Shown here piece by piece: positions 24,710 through 37,360 of a DNA stretch of 64,000 nt (the first letter of the stretch is position 1; every line of letters starts with the position of its first letter). The stretch is from Octopus sinensis (lineage: Eukaryota). The position numbers and the translations under genes are program-made. The DNA lies in contig NC_043010.1 of NCBI RefSeq assembly GCF_006345805.1, positions 15,128,001 through 15,192,000 of the forward strand, given 5' to 3'. The notes beneath the pieces were generated by a model. It searched no databases, was not told the origin of the DNA, and worked only from the letters and a program-made list of their open reading frames with translations.

Positions 24710-27700
24710 CTGTATCGCCAATGGTTATGATGATACTTGTTTTTTACACTATAACCTTGTATTAAACATATAACGAAGCAGGGTAACAACAACGTTACAA
24801 GCCAACGAAGTCTTCACGAACCAACAAACGATATTCCGACAAACTACTTAAACGACACCTTACGACTACCTGCAATTAACGCCCACTCTCTTCTCTCACT
24901 CAAACCGCTACTATTTATAGTTGTTCAGTCAAGTCTATTCTCACAGGGGGCGTCGTGATTCTCGCTACAGCATATCCCCTTTTGAGATTTCGACTTCTGT
25001 AGGAAATGAAATTTATTTTATTATTATTTTTTCTTACTTTCCAATATCTCTCCCTTTTTGAAATTTTGCTTTCCTAAGGAGCTCAATACCTTTCCACTTA
25101 GGAATTATTTCTAAATGTTTTATATTTGTGTAGCAAAACTGCTCCTATGCTGTATTCAGAAGCGTCAGTGGCTAAAACAATCTCCACTGCATGATCAAAA
25201 TGAACCAGAGACAAATCCGAAATTAATGTTTTTTTTAAATATCCTGAAACGCCCTTTTACAGTTATTTGATCAATTCCATTGGGCGTCTTTCTTTAGCAA
25301 ATTATCAAGTATAGCTCTCAGTTCATACATGTTGGGTATGTAATTTTGATAATAGTTCACAAGGCCAAAAAAGCTTGTAATGTTAGTTGGGAGAGGTATA
25401 TTTTTAATTGCGACTGCCTTTGACGGGTCATGTCGTCTTCCATTTATATCTATAATTTGTCCTAAATAGTCAATTTTAAGCAAAAAGAATTTACATCTCT
25501 ACTCACTGGGGGTGAAACCGTAATCTCTTATTTTTTTGAAAAGCACACTTCACATGTTCGATACGCTAATCAGGAGATTCGCTTTTAATACATCATCGAG
25601 GTATGGAATTGCAAATTGACAGTCCGCCAACATCACATCCATAACCTGTTGGAATATTGCAGGTGCGACCAAATGGCAATATATTATATTTATATATATT
25701 TCTTTACTACCCACAAGGGGCTAAACATAGAGGTGACAAACAAGGACAGATAAAGGGATTAAGTCGATTACATCGATCCAGTGCGAAACTGGTACTTTAT
25801 TTATCGACCTCAAGAGGATGAAAGGCAAAGTCGACCTCGGCGGAATTTGAAATCAGAACGTAACGACAGACGAAATATCTATTTCTTTACTACCCACAAG
25901 GGGCTAAGCACAGAGAGGACAAACAAGGACAGACAAAGGGATTAAGTCGATTACATCGACCCAGTGCGAAACTGGTACTTTATTTATCGACCCCGAGAGG
26001 ATGAAAGGCAAAGTCGACCTCGGCGGAATTTGAACTCACAACGTAACGTCAGACGAAATACCACTGAGCATTTCGCCCGTCGCGCTAACGTTTCTGCCAG
26101 CTCGCCGCCTTATATTTGTATAGTGCTCTGTGCGTATTCACTGTTAGAAGTTTCGATCATTCCTCGTCTACTTTAATTTGTAGATACGCACCAGAAAGAT
26201 CCAGTTTCGAAAATATTTTGCCACCATGTAGTTTTGCTAAAATATCCTCCGGAATAGGCAGTGGATAGTGGCATATTTTTAGACTGTCACTCAAACCAGC
26301 AGAAAAATCGGCATACTCCTTGATTTTGCTATTTTTTTAATACACACTGTTTGTGCAGCCTACTTAGAATAATCTACTTTTTGAATAATTCCCAATTTCC
26401 CCAGTCTGTCTGATTCTTATTGTACCTGCTTTATTGCAGCAAATGGTACCTTTGTATTAGGTACGACGTTTTCCCTTATTTGAAAACAGTCCTCTGTCTT
26501 AGAACAAAGACTTAATTTATCCGACAGCACTTCAGGAAACATGTTTTTAAAATCTTTTCTTCAATTCAGCTGCTGAGTTATTTTCACTGGCGGAACAGCT
26601 ATTTATTTATTTTTTTACAAAACAGACTTATGGGGAGGTCCCACAAGTCAAATAACTCCAGCCAGTCCGTACCGAGCAGATTGGTTGCGTTTTTACCACG
26701 AAAACTTTTGCTCTACAGATTTTTCCCCCGAAATCCGACATCACTCCACATGTAGTTTTTCACCTGTCACGCTTGATACAAATGTTGATGTTTTTCTTAA
26801 CGTAAGTTTTTCAATTCTTTTCCACGTGTCAGTATTATTAACCGAGACGTCACTACCAGTATCTAGTTGTAATTTGATATTAATTTCATTTACTTTTACA
26901 TGTACAAATTTCCTCTTTTTGATGTCGTTTCTGCTTTCCGTTGAGAAAACTTTAGAATCTTTTATGCCCGACCTTCTTAACTTTGCTCTGCAATGTAAGT
27001 TCTTGTGTCATCTTCTTTGGCAACTGAAATATTTTTGTCTTTTGAAAGAGCGATCTTTCCTGGAGTGTAGGGTTCCACATCTGCAGGATGGGTTTGGTCT
27101 TCTCATATTTTTCTTGTTCTTACCTACCCGGTCGGCACGCTTGTATTTATGAGAACTCCTTATCTTCAATTTTCTTTACGTCCTGACGTATGTTTACCAT
27201 TCTTTGGCACTCCCCTGCAACTGTCTGCATGGTTAAACTTTGGTCTGCCTGTTCAAGTTTTCTGAATATTCTTGCACGTATCACAGCGTCTTTGTTTGTT
27301 TAAGCTCTTGTACAGAAATCAGACACTGAGTCATATCAGGAGTTAGTTCCTTCAGTTTAACCCTTTCTTACATTTGGTTTACAGACCTGGCATATGCGAC
27401 AAAGTCTTCAAACTCTCTTTTAACCAAATTCCCACACTCCCACCGAGTGTTAAATAGGGAACTTTTATCACTGAACATTGTTGATAGTAGTTCGACTGTT
27501 TCTTGGAAACAAATTTCACCAGTTTTTTTTCGGTAGTATGAAATTATAATATTTTTCAGGTTCAGCCGGCGCTAATTTACGTAATAATAGTCTTACTTTT
27601 TCGATGTCCGTCCACGATTTACAATCTTCCCTGAAGATTTCTTCGTATCTTCTAAAGTACGCTGCCAAACTTATACCCTCCTCTGGGTCATAACTGAATT

Positions 27701-28135
27701 CTGTTATAAAGTTCGATACGCTGTCTGGTGAAAACAAACTTATAGTGATTCCGGACTTCTTAAGACATAGCTCCATTAACCATTGTTGTTTTTGTTGTTG
27801 CTGCAGTAGTTGCTGTTGCTTCTGCTTTCTTTTTGCAACTTATTATAGAAGTTAATATGTCTTCCATCATTAACAACTTTGAATCACAAAAATTTGTTAA
27901 CTGACTTTCATGAGATTCGAATCCTCCTCGCCAATTATTTTAACGTAGTTACTCATCGGCAATTATTGTACTATCACCACTATTTATGATGATACTTGAT
28001 TACACTGTAATCGTGTAGTAACTATAAACATACAACGAAGGGGGGTAACAACAACGTAACAGTCCAACAAACTCTTCACGAACCAACAAACGATATTCCG
28101 ACAAACTACCTAAACGACACCTTGCGACTATTCGC
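24708..28135 (-). mobile_element. Degenerate Ty3/Gypsy LTR retrotransposon (Mag-like): gag, protease, RT, RNase H; integrase absent
   Basis: LTR remnants 24708-24969 and ~27935-28135; PBS TGGCGAGGAGG 27923-33. gag (SYDPEEG...KVRLLLRKL), protease DTG 26855-63, RT YLDD 25592-25603, RNase H ATDASEY. PPT-like AAAAGGGG next to the 3' LTR. Many stops and frameshifts. Confidence 0.9.
25697..26109 (-). mobile_element. Tandem pair of SINE family A inserted in the Gypsy RT
   Basis: Partial copy 25697-25878 plus full copy 25880-26109; flanking TTATATTT(A/G)TAT duplication. Confidence 0.8.
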
Positions 28136-28224
28136 GATTCACACATATATATGCGTTAACATGTATGCATATAGACGTGCAGATATACATATATGCAATG
28201 TATGCATGTATGTGTGTATATACC

Positions 28225-28421
28225 TCGTGTGTACCGTTGTCGATTTTTTCCCTCTGTGTTCCCTTCTCTGGATCTTTCCTTCTCCTATGTTTCCGACGAA
28301 GAGCTCCGCTCCAAACGTTAAACCCTCCTTCTTTCCTTCTTTCCTGAGCGTCCAATAATACTGTATTTGTTCCACGTCTTCGCGTTGTTGTGTTTTTTTG
28401 TGCTTTCTTTTTTGGATTAAC
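28225..28421 (+). mobile_element. Family A Penelope-like terminal repeat with core-mutated HHR (28289-28323)
   Basis: GTTT-CCGACGA-A-GAGC-TCC-GCTC-CAAAC-GTT-AAAC. Stems intact, two core substitutions. Confidence 0.7.
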
Positions 28422-29286
28422 TATATATATATATATATATTTATTTATTTATTTATATATAGCTATACATTTGCATATATGTGTGTGTGTGCATGTGTGC
28501 GCGTGTGTTTGTGTGAGTGTGCTTGTATGCGTGTATGTGTGTTTATGTGTGCGTGTGTGTATTGGATTGATAAACAATTATCTGCAGGAGCAACTAAGAG
28601 GTATCACAATCGATACTTCTGAAGCTATCACAATGTGGAGAAATCTTATTGTTTTATCAGCAGTTATTTCAGGGCCACAAGCGCTTTGCCCTTTAGCCTG
28701 TACACTTCATCTGAGGGCCTTTCTTCAGCAGTTGTCAGTGTGTAGACCAATTTTCTGCAATAGTGCAGCAGCGCATCTAGAAAGTTGCAGCAGCCGACTT
28801 CACTATAGAATGAGGCTCCATTTCATCACTTGACAAGCGCCTAATCGATTATATCCTAATATTTCTTTTTTTTTTTTCGGCTCGTAGGAAATATCGAGTC
28901 TGCCCTCGCATAGCACTGTAATTTCTCTGCACTTCATGAGTACAGGAATATGTCTGGACGGAGCTATATTACCAATACCTGCTTTGAAAATAAGAACCTA
29001 CTCTTTAACCTCACTTGTATCTCTCAATCTGAGGTTGGATAAAAAGCAGAAAACGTGTTCCTTACTGCAAGACGTTTTGTTAATTTTCCTCAGGAATCTA
29101 ATAACCCTGAATGCTGGCGGTTGTTGTTCGTTGGCCTTGACCTTCTGCAGGTCTGTTCTTGTCTCCTCACTAAAAGGTAAAGCACATGCACTCGCAAACA
29201 AATAAAGGAATACTTTCAAGATTTAATTCAAAACATTTAGATGTAAAAATCAAATTTATGTAGTGGAAACTGTAAAGAACATTTAA

Positions 29287-29580
29287 ATATTGTTGTATTT
29301 CGGGATGGTCATTTTGCCAGTTTTGCCAATAAAAACACACGCATTATATATTTGGTGTTACTTTGCTTCAGCGTTATTTATTTTTTACACTAATCTTAAT
29401 CTGAGTTCTTTCGTCACATTCCTGTGACCGCATCAGTGGTCCTTTGCTTTCTTCTTTCTCTTCTTACTAACCGTCACCATTTTGTATTTCTATTGTATGT
29501 GTCTTCATTTGCCAAATATATAGTGCGTGTGTTTTTATTGGCTAAACTTGTAAAATGACCATTCTTAAATACAACAATAT
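29287..29580. mobile_element. MITE with ~68-bp TIRs
   Basis: ATATTGTTGTATTTCGGGATGGTCATTTTGCC... / ...AAAATGACCATTCTTAAATACAACAATAT. Confidence 0.7.
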
Positions 29581-30313
29581 CTGTTTCAACACACAATTTC
29601 ACATCAAAAATCTTGCAAGACAAATATATAAACGTAACATTTAAATACTCTATCTACATGTTTAACAAACTCAAAAAAACCTGAAGAAATTACATAACCG
29701 ATGACATATTGGTTCATCTAAAATTATTGACAGGAATACGACAGCTACCACGTTATCGAAATTCTGTAATATAGTATATGAAGGTATATTAGACATTCAC
29801 GCTTATAGAGCCATCCTATAGAATGAGACTTGGTACCACTTGAATGAGAAATGAACATCTTAGCCACACAACTATGACTAGGTTGATGTACACACGTATA
29901 CACACACACACACACACACACACACATGCGTACACGCACATACGGTCACACACACACACACACACACACGCGTGAACACACACACACACACGCGTGAACA
30001 CACACACACACACGCGTGAACACACACACACACACGCGTGAACACACACACACACGCGTGAACACACACACACACACACACACAGATATTGCCTTTGTTT
30101 TGCTGTTTTTCTTTATACGAAATGAAAAGATATTTTGCGGAGCTGCATTTATTTATCATCCGATGATACACATCTGCATCGCCGGATGCTACTCTAACCA
30201 GTAGTTAAGTGTCCCACCCGTGAGGGATAGATACCTGATATGTAGAAACAATTGTCGTGATTGATAATAAAATTTCTCGTATATTTCATCTTCCGCTTTT
30301 CAGCTACCATTTA

Positions 30314-30347
<34 letters not shown>

Positions 30348-31210
30348 GTGTGTCTGTGTGTGTGTGCGTGTGCATGAAAGCTAATGTGGCAGTAGTAAAT
30401 GCAGGAAAATGCTCGAAACCATGCAAGTAAGAAAAATACTATTATCAATGGTTCCTGATTTCTGATTTTGGTGTAGGGCCAGCTAACTCTAGGGGTGAGG
30501 GTAAGTCGATCAGAGTTCTTCATTGGTATTTTTCTTTATCGGTCCCCGAGAGATGAAAACCAAAGGTGACCATCAGAACACGAAGAAACAATGTGGAAAA
30601 AATTCTCTAATGCATTTCTTCTGTCGTTCTAGAGGAATCTGCCGTTTCGCCGTCTTGAGGAATATCAACAACATTAGTAATACTAACAATAAATGTAATG
30701 GCAGTGGTGACGTCAAGAATAACAACATGAATGAAATTATCAAAATCCAAATGAAAAAGAAAAGGAAAAAATAAGCGTAAACATCAAATTGTACAACAGC
30801 AGAAGCGATAACAACGCCCATAACAAGAAATGCAAGAGGAGCGGCAGCAGCAAAACAACAGCGATAGCAACACCAACATCACTAGCATCAACGAGAACAC
30901 AAACAACAATTGCAAGAGCAACAGCAAAATAATGATGATCGCAACACCACCAACAGCAACAATAGCTGCAGCTGCAAAATAACTTACAGTGCTATGCGAG
31001 GGCAGACTCGACATTTCCTACGAGCCTAAATAAAAAGAAATATCAGGATATAATCGATTAGGCGCTTGTCAAGTGATGAAATGGAGCCTCATTCTATAGT
31101 GAAGTCGGCTGCTGCAACTTCAAGATGCGCTGCTGCACTATTGCAGAAAATTGGTCTACACACTGACAACTGCTGAAGAAAGGCACTCAGACGAAGTGTA
31201 CAGGCTAAAG

Positions 31211-31560
31211 TGCAGCGGCAAAATAATGACGATCGCAACACCACCAACAGCAACAATAGCAACAGCGGCAAAATAATGACGATCGCAACATCACCAACAG
31301 CAACAATAGCAACAGCGGCAAAATAATGACGATCGCAACACCACCAACAGCGACAATAGCAACAGCGGCAAAATAATGACGATCGCAACATCACCAACAG
31401 CGACAATAGCAACAGCGGCAAAATAATGACGATCGCAACACCACCAACAGCAACAATAGCATCAGCGGCAAGATAACGACGATCGCATCATCAGCCATAG
31501 CATGAGTAGCAGCGGCAAAATAATGACGATCACAGCACCAACAACAATAGCAACAACATT
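31211..31560 (+). repeat. 50-bp minisatellite (one more unit at ~30920-30983)
   Basis: GCGGCAAAATAATGACGATCGCAACACCACCAACAGCAACAATAGCAACA at 31215, 31265, 31315 and onward. Confidence 0.9.
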
Positions 31561-32018
31561 AACATCAAGACAACGTTCATAGTCGCAACAGCTGCAGGAC
31601 CAACCACAGTCATGAGTAGAAGCAGCTGCAAGCGCAACTGCAGCAACGACCGCCGTATGAAAGAAGCTGCAAGTACAACAATGACAAAAACAATTTCAAC
31701 GACAGCTGCAACTAGTGCAACTGCAGTAACGAAAGCAGCATTAATAATAACTATAACAACAACAGCAGCAACAACGAAGACATAACCAACAATATCAACG
31801 AGAATAATTATAGCATCAATATTGAAAGCGATTTCTGGGACAACAACGATAATAACAGAAGCAGCAGTAACAGCAACAACATCAATAACAACGACGACGA
31901 CAACAACAACAACAACACAACAACAACAACAACAACAACTGATCTATTATTCACAATACAGAAATGGAATATTGCTAGGAGGACGCAGAAAATGCGGATG
32001 ATTATGATGGCGATGTTG

Positions 32019-32050
<32 letters not shown>

Positions 32051-33836
32051 GATGATGATGGTGGTGATGATGATGATGATGATTATGATGATGATGATGA
32101 TTATGATGATGATGATGATGATGCTGATGAATGGTGATGGTGCAGGTGGTAGTCATCGTCAGGATGATGATGATGGTGGTGGTGGTGGTGGTGGTGGAGT
32201 ATGCGATCTTGGTGGTGGTGATGATGATGGTGAAGATGTTGGTGGCGAAAGGAATGAAGGATGGGGAGAAGAAGAAGAAGAAGAAGAAGAAGAAGAAGAA
32301 GAAGAAGAAGAAGAAGAAGAAGAAGAAGAAGAAGAAGAAGGAGATGAAGAAAAAAGTGGGGGAGAAGAAGTAAGATGGGGAGAAGAAGGAAATTAAGGAA
32401 AAGAAAGAAAAATAAGAAGAAAATAAGAAAAGAATAAAACAAGAAGAATTTTAAAGTTATTATTAAGACGAGGATTGAAAAGAGACACAAATGCAAAGTA
32501 AAATTTCGCATTGTATAAAAGGCGAGATATGATATGATAATGGAAGCAATGAAAAGAAAGATAAAAGATGGTAGCTTTAAGTCGATTAAGGCTATTGTGT
32601 GTGTCTGTCGGTTTATATTAGGATTTTGTTTTGTTGTTTTTTACAATGGGAATTCGATGTCGAATAATGGCGGCATGTTTTAAATCAATTATTGTCCTCC
32701 TCTTAGCAAAATAATGTAGTGTTGGCATTATAACTGTAACAAGGACAGTGATAACGGCAACAACGGTAACAGTGATAACAAAAACAATGATGATAACGTT
32801 AATAAGTAGATCGACGTCACCGGTCTGATGACGTTTCGACAACCGTGTCTAACACCCGATGGAAGTACTAAATATCTGTTACAAATAAATGTATAGAAAA
32901 TTACATGAGACCGAGAAATGTAGTATGGAAAATACTGTCCAGAAGGTTAAAATATATTGTGCTATTGTAGTGTAAATGGGTATCAGTGTCGTGTATAACT
33001 ATACTTGAAGAGAGTATCAGTTAATACTACAACAACACAGCATTGTTGTGTACTAATACTATAATATGCATGCTGTGATGTTATGTTGTATCTTTATTGG
33101 TTTCAAATTTTGGCACAAGGTCAGCATGTTCGAAGATGGGGACAAGTCGATTCTACCGACGCCAGTGCTCAACTGGTACATATTTTATCGATTACCATGC
33201 CTCATTCTATAGGATGGCTCTATACGCAAGAATGTCTAATATACCTTCATATAGTATATCACAGAATTTCGATAATGTGGTAGCTGTCGTATTCCTGTCA
33301 ATAATTTTAGATAGACCAATATGTCATTGGTTACTTAATTTCTTCAGGTTTGTTTGAGTTTGTTAAACATGTAGATAGAATATTTAAATGTTCTTTACAC
33401 TTTCCACTACATAAATTGATTTTTACATCTAAATATTTTGAGTTAAATCTTGAAAGTATTCCTTTATTTGTTTGCGAGTATATGTGTCTTACCTTTTAGT
33501 GAGGAGAAAAGAACAGACCTGCAGAAGGTCAAGGCCAACGAACAGCAACCGCCAGCATTCAGGTTTATTAGATTCCTGAGGAAAATTAACAAAACTTCTT
33601 ACAGTAAGGAACACGTTTTCTGCTTTTTATACAACCCCAGACTGAGAGATACAAGTGTATGTAAGTGGACCTCGGCGGACTTTCCCTGGATTCAGTCTGC
33701 TTTCGTTTGACAATGATTTACAGCTATTCTGTCCAATCTGAGCACTGTCTATATCTATTTTGTTCTAAAACTTGTTCTATCTATTTGTATATGCATGCAG
33801 AACATATATAAATGATATGCACGTAAATATTATATA

Positions 33837-34235
33837 GGAGTGGCTGTTTGGTAAGTAGCTTGCTTACCAACCACATCGTTCCGGGTTCATTCTCACTGTG
33901 TGGCAGCTTGGGCAAGTGTCTTCTACTATAGCCTCGGGCCGACCAAAGCCTTGTGAGTGGATTTGGTAGACGGAAACTGAAAGAAGCCCGTCGTATATAT
34001 GTGTATATACATATGTGTGTGGATATGTCTGTGTGTCTGTGTTTGTCCCCCAACATCGCTTGACAACCGATGCTGGTGTGTTTATGTCCTCGTAACTTAG
34101 CGCTTCGGCAAAAGAGACCGATGGAATAAGTACTAGGCTTCTAAAGAATAAGTCCTGGAGTCGATTTGCTTGAATAAAGTCGGTGCTCCAGCATGGCTGC
34201 AGTCAAATGACTGAAACAAGTAAAAAGAGTAAAGA
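33837..34235 (+). mobile_element. SINE family B
   Basis: Full head-to-tail match. Confidence 0.8.
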
Positions 34236-34583
34236 TTATATATATGAATACAATCAAAATGGTAATAATATAGATTACTACCAGTGACCCAGCACAAAGG
34301 ACGAATTAGCCATTAGACAAAATATTATTCATATAGAAAAATATTATTCATGTAGAAATATAATTAAGGGCTCCTAAATAAGGATGCCAAGTGCTAGGGA
34401 CACAAAAAAGGGATAAATGTATCGAGAGTGAAAATCAAAAACATTTACCGATAACGATACATCCCGGACTGATATCAGTTTCTACCTCTTTCTAGCAAAA
34501 CAGAGAGAATATGTTTGCTAAGGCCGGTTTCATCAGCGAGACGCCTAAGTTAAATCGAGATGCGCCGCGCGGTAGACCGTGTG

Positions 34584-34691
34584 TTGATTGAATGTTTTAA
34601 CTTTAATTAAATTCCATTTCCCTTTGATGTTATATATATATATAACATCAAAGGGAAATGGAATTTAATTAAAGTTAAAACATTCAATCAA
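34584..34691. repeat. Perfect palindrome centred on a short (TA)n
   Basis: TTGATTGAATG...GATGT(TA)nACATC...CATTCAATCAA. Confidence 0.9.
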
Positions 34692-34796
34692 AAATTACAT
34701 TTCCAGTGGTCCAACGCGTAAATATATTTTAGTCAAAAAGACTATATATTAGTCATACAAAATAGTGTATATTTAAATACATAGAGAATCCACGTA

Positions 34797-34924
34797 TAGG
34801 GATTCTACGCGTTAGAAGTCTAGACGGAAAATGTTTTTAATTTCCAAATTTATTCCTGTCGAATTTTATCCCCAATTTTTGGTGGTTATAGAACTTAGCT
34901 GTTCCTTCTAGCGCGTAGAACCCC

Positions 34925-34926
<2 letters not shown>
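34797..34926. mobile_element. Short MITE with 24-bp TIRs in TA context
   Basis: TATAGGGATTCTACGCGTTAGAAG / CTTCTAGCGCGTAGAACCCCTATA (2 mismatches). Confidence 0.6.
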
Positions 34927-34998
<72 letters not shown>

Positions 34999-35006
<8 letters not shown>

Positions 35007-35173
35007 ATATGTTACATTACTCGATAGTCAAGATAAAACTCTGAGTTTCAGATGCCGAAGTGGGAATCCACAACACCATCTCTTCGGAAGAGATGGCGGC
35101 GTGGATTCCCACTTCGGCATCTGAAACTCAGAGTTTTATCTTGACTAGCGAGTAATGTAACATATTATTTTAT
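34999..35173. repeat. Near-perfect palindrome, axis at 35086
   Basis: ~87-bp arms, 1-nt spacer, about 4 mismatches. Confidence 0.9.
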
Positions 35174-35239
35174 AGATAAATTTCCTCTATTTACACAATA
35201 TTGAGGTCTCTTTCTTTCTTTTGTTATCTTACCGTTTTA

Positions 35240-35290
<51 letters not shown>

Positions 35291-36044
35291 GTCATTTTAT
35301 ATGTGTGTGTGTTTCTCTGTATATTTTTTTATTCAATTATGCATGAAGAGAAAAGTATAAAATATGAAAGCCAATGAGTTGTGAGAATCAACAGAATGAT
35401 AATATGTAGTGTTAGTAGCAATCATGGAATGTTGTAGATCTCAAGGTAGGTCCACGATATATTAAATGGCTAGGCTTAAGATGAGAAGCAGAGTAGTTAT
35501 TATTGAACAGAAAAGAAAATGCAGAGGAAGTTTTATCGTAACGTATGTGAGAGAAACACGAAAGCTAAGATTAAAAATATGAAAATTCTACTGTTATATT
35601 CAATTGATTTTTGCAAGATAAGCATTTCAAAATTAAAAGCAAATGACAGCAGAGTCTAGCTATAAGATTTCTATGGCAATATGACTGCATCGAATGCAGT
35701 ATCATGTGCAGCATTTTAATGGCAGTTACGCACAGTGGAATTAGAGGATTGATCACGACTGGAAAGTTTGATTATTGATTTGTAGGAATAAATTTTACCT
35801 GAAGTGAAATGGTTACAACATAAACAAACTCACCACTTATTGACAACGGATCCTGGTTTGTGGGATTTTTAGAAAGAGTAGCCTGATTAATTTCGGTTCA
35901 ACCTCTTAAAATTTAGTCTAAAATGCAGAAATGGTGCAAAGCGAGTAGGGCAAAATATGTCCAAATTGAAACGTCCTATGATAGCCTGCTTGACCCAAAG
36001 AATTTTAAATCTGAAGGTCAGTCTCAGTAGATAAATACTTATAT

Positions 36045-36855
36045 ACAGACAACGAGCTTCTTTCAGTTTCCGTCTGCCAAAGCTACTTAAAAGGCTTTGG
36101 TCAGCCCGAGGCTATAGCAGAAGACACTTGCGCAAGGTGTCACACAGTGGGACTGAACCCTGGACCATTTGGTTCGGAAATAAACACCTGCGCCTATATT
36201 TATATATATGGGATTGGTGCATAACCCACAGTTCAAAGATTTTCTCCACTTCAGTGAAACTTTACTCACTAAATTCTAGACATGTAAATTCTTTTTCATC
36301 TTCGGTTAACCACACTTTGTAGATGGAAATACACACACGCACATATACACATGTACACGTACACTTATACACACACAAACACACACACTCACACACACAA
36401 ACACACGCACACACATACATACATACATACATACATACATACATACATACATACATACATACATACACACAAACACACACACACACATCTACCTTCTAGG
36501 GCACCGCCTTGGAGTCGGACAAATCGATACCAGACTTACTTTTTAAAGCCTAGTACTTATTCTATCGGGGTCTTTTGCCAAACCACTTGGTTACGAGAAC
36601 GTAAACACATCAACACCGGTTTTCGAGCGGTGGTGGGAGACAAATACAGATACAAGGACGCACACACATTATTATATACTTATATATAGACAAAGGGCTT
36701 CTTTCAGTTTCCGTCTACCAAATCTTACTTACAAGGCTTTGGTCGGCCCGAGGCTATAGCAGAAGACACTTGCACAAGGTGTCACACAGTGGGACTGAAC
36801 CCTGGACAATTTGATTCAGAAGTAAACAACTAACCACACAGTCACACCTGCGCCT
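36045..36855 (-). mobile_element. Two SINE family B pieces (36045-36195 and 36500-36855) sharing flank sequence
   Basis: Both heads are followed by GCGCCTATA...GGG..GTGCATAAC, suggesting a local duplication. Confidence 0.65.
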
Positions 36856-37179
36856 ATATATATATATATATATTGGGTTCGTGCATAACTATTGCGGTTT
36901 ATTTTCAACAAATTTTATTCAACAAAAAGAATAACAATATTTAACAAAAAATATTTAAATGATGGTCTGACAGTCTGCCAAGCAAATACCTAGCAGTAAT
37001 TGAAGTAGATGGTGAATATGCTCCGGAATAATCATTTGAAACTCACATACACACACACACGCAGACCTGCGCGCATGCATATACCCACACATACACATAC
37101 ATACCTCCTTCCCTTGCACTCTCCTGTCTTAGAAAGAACTTTTTCTTCACCCATTCCCTTCCGGTCATTTCAAAATGTA

Positions 37180-37345
37180 ACCGCATGTGTATCGTTGGCG
37201 ATTTTCTTCCTCCGTCTTCCCTTCCTTTGGACTTTGCTCTATTTCTGACGAAGAGCTTGGCTCGAAACGTTAAATTCTCTTTCCTTCCTTTCCTTAGTGT
37301 CTGATAACACAGTAGTTGTACTACGTCCTCGCATCATTGTTTTTT
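37180..37345 (+). mobile_element. Family A Penelope-like terminal repeat with intact minimal HHR (37241-37275)
   Basis: ATTT-CTGACGA-A-GAGC-TTG-GCTC-GAAAC-GTT-AAAT. Confidence 0.7.
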
Positions 37346-37360
37346 CTTTATATAATATAT

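Noticed and set aside
30720-32430. Poly-Q/M/D/G/E ORFs as a low-complexity exon
   Set aside because: Mosaic of trinucleotide microsatellites and a minisatellite without a sustained frame or splice signals.
32812-32860. CGAAACGTC on the minus strand as an HHR
   Set aside because: No CUGANGA at the required upstream position.
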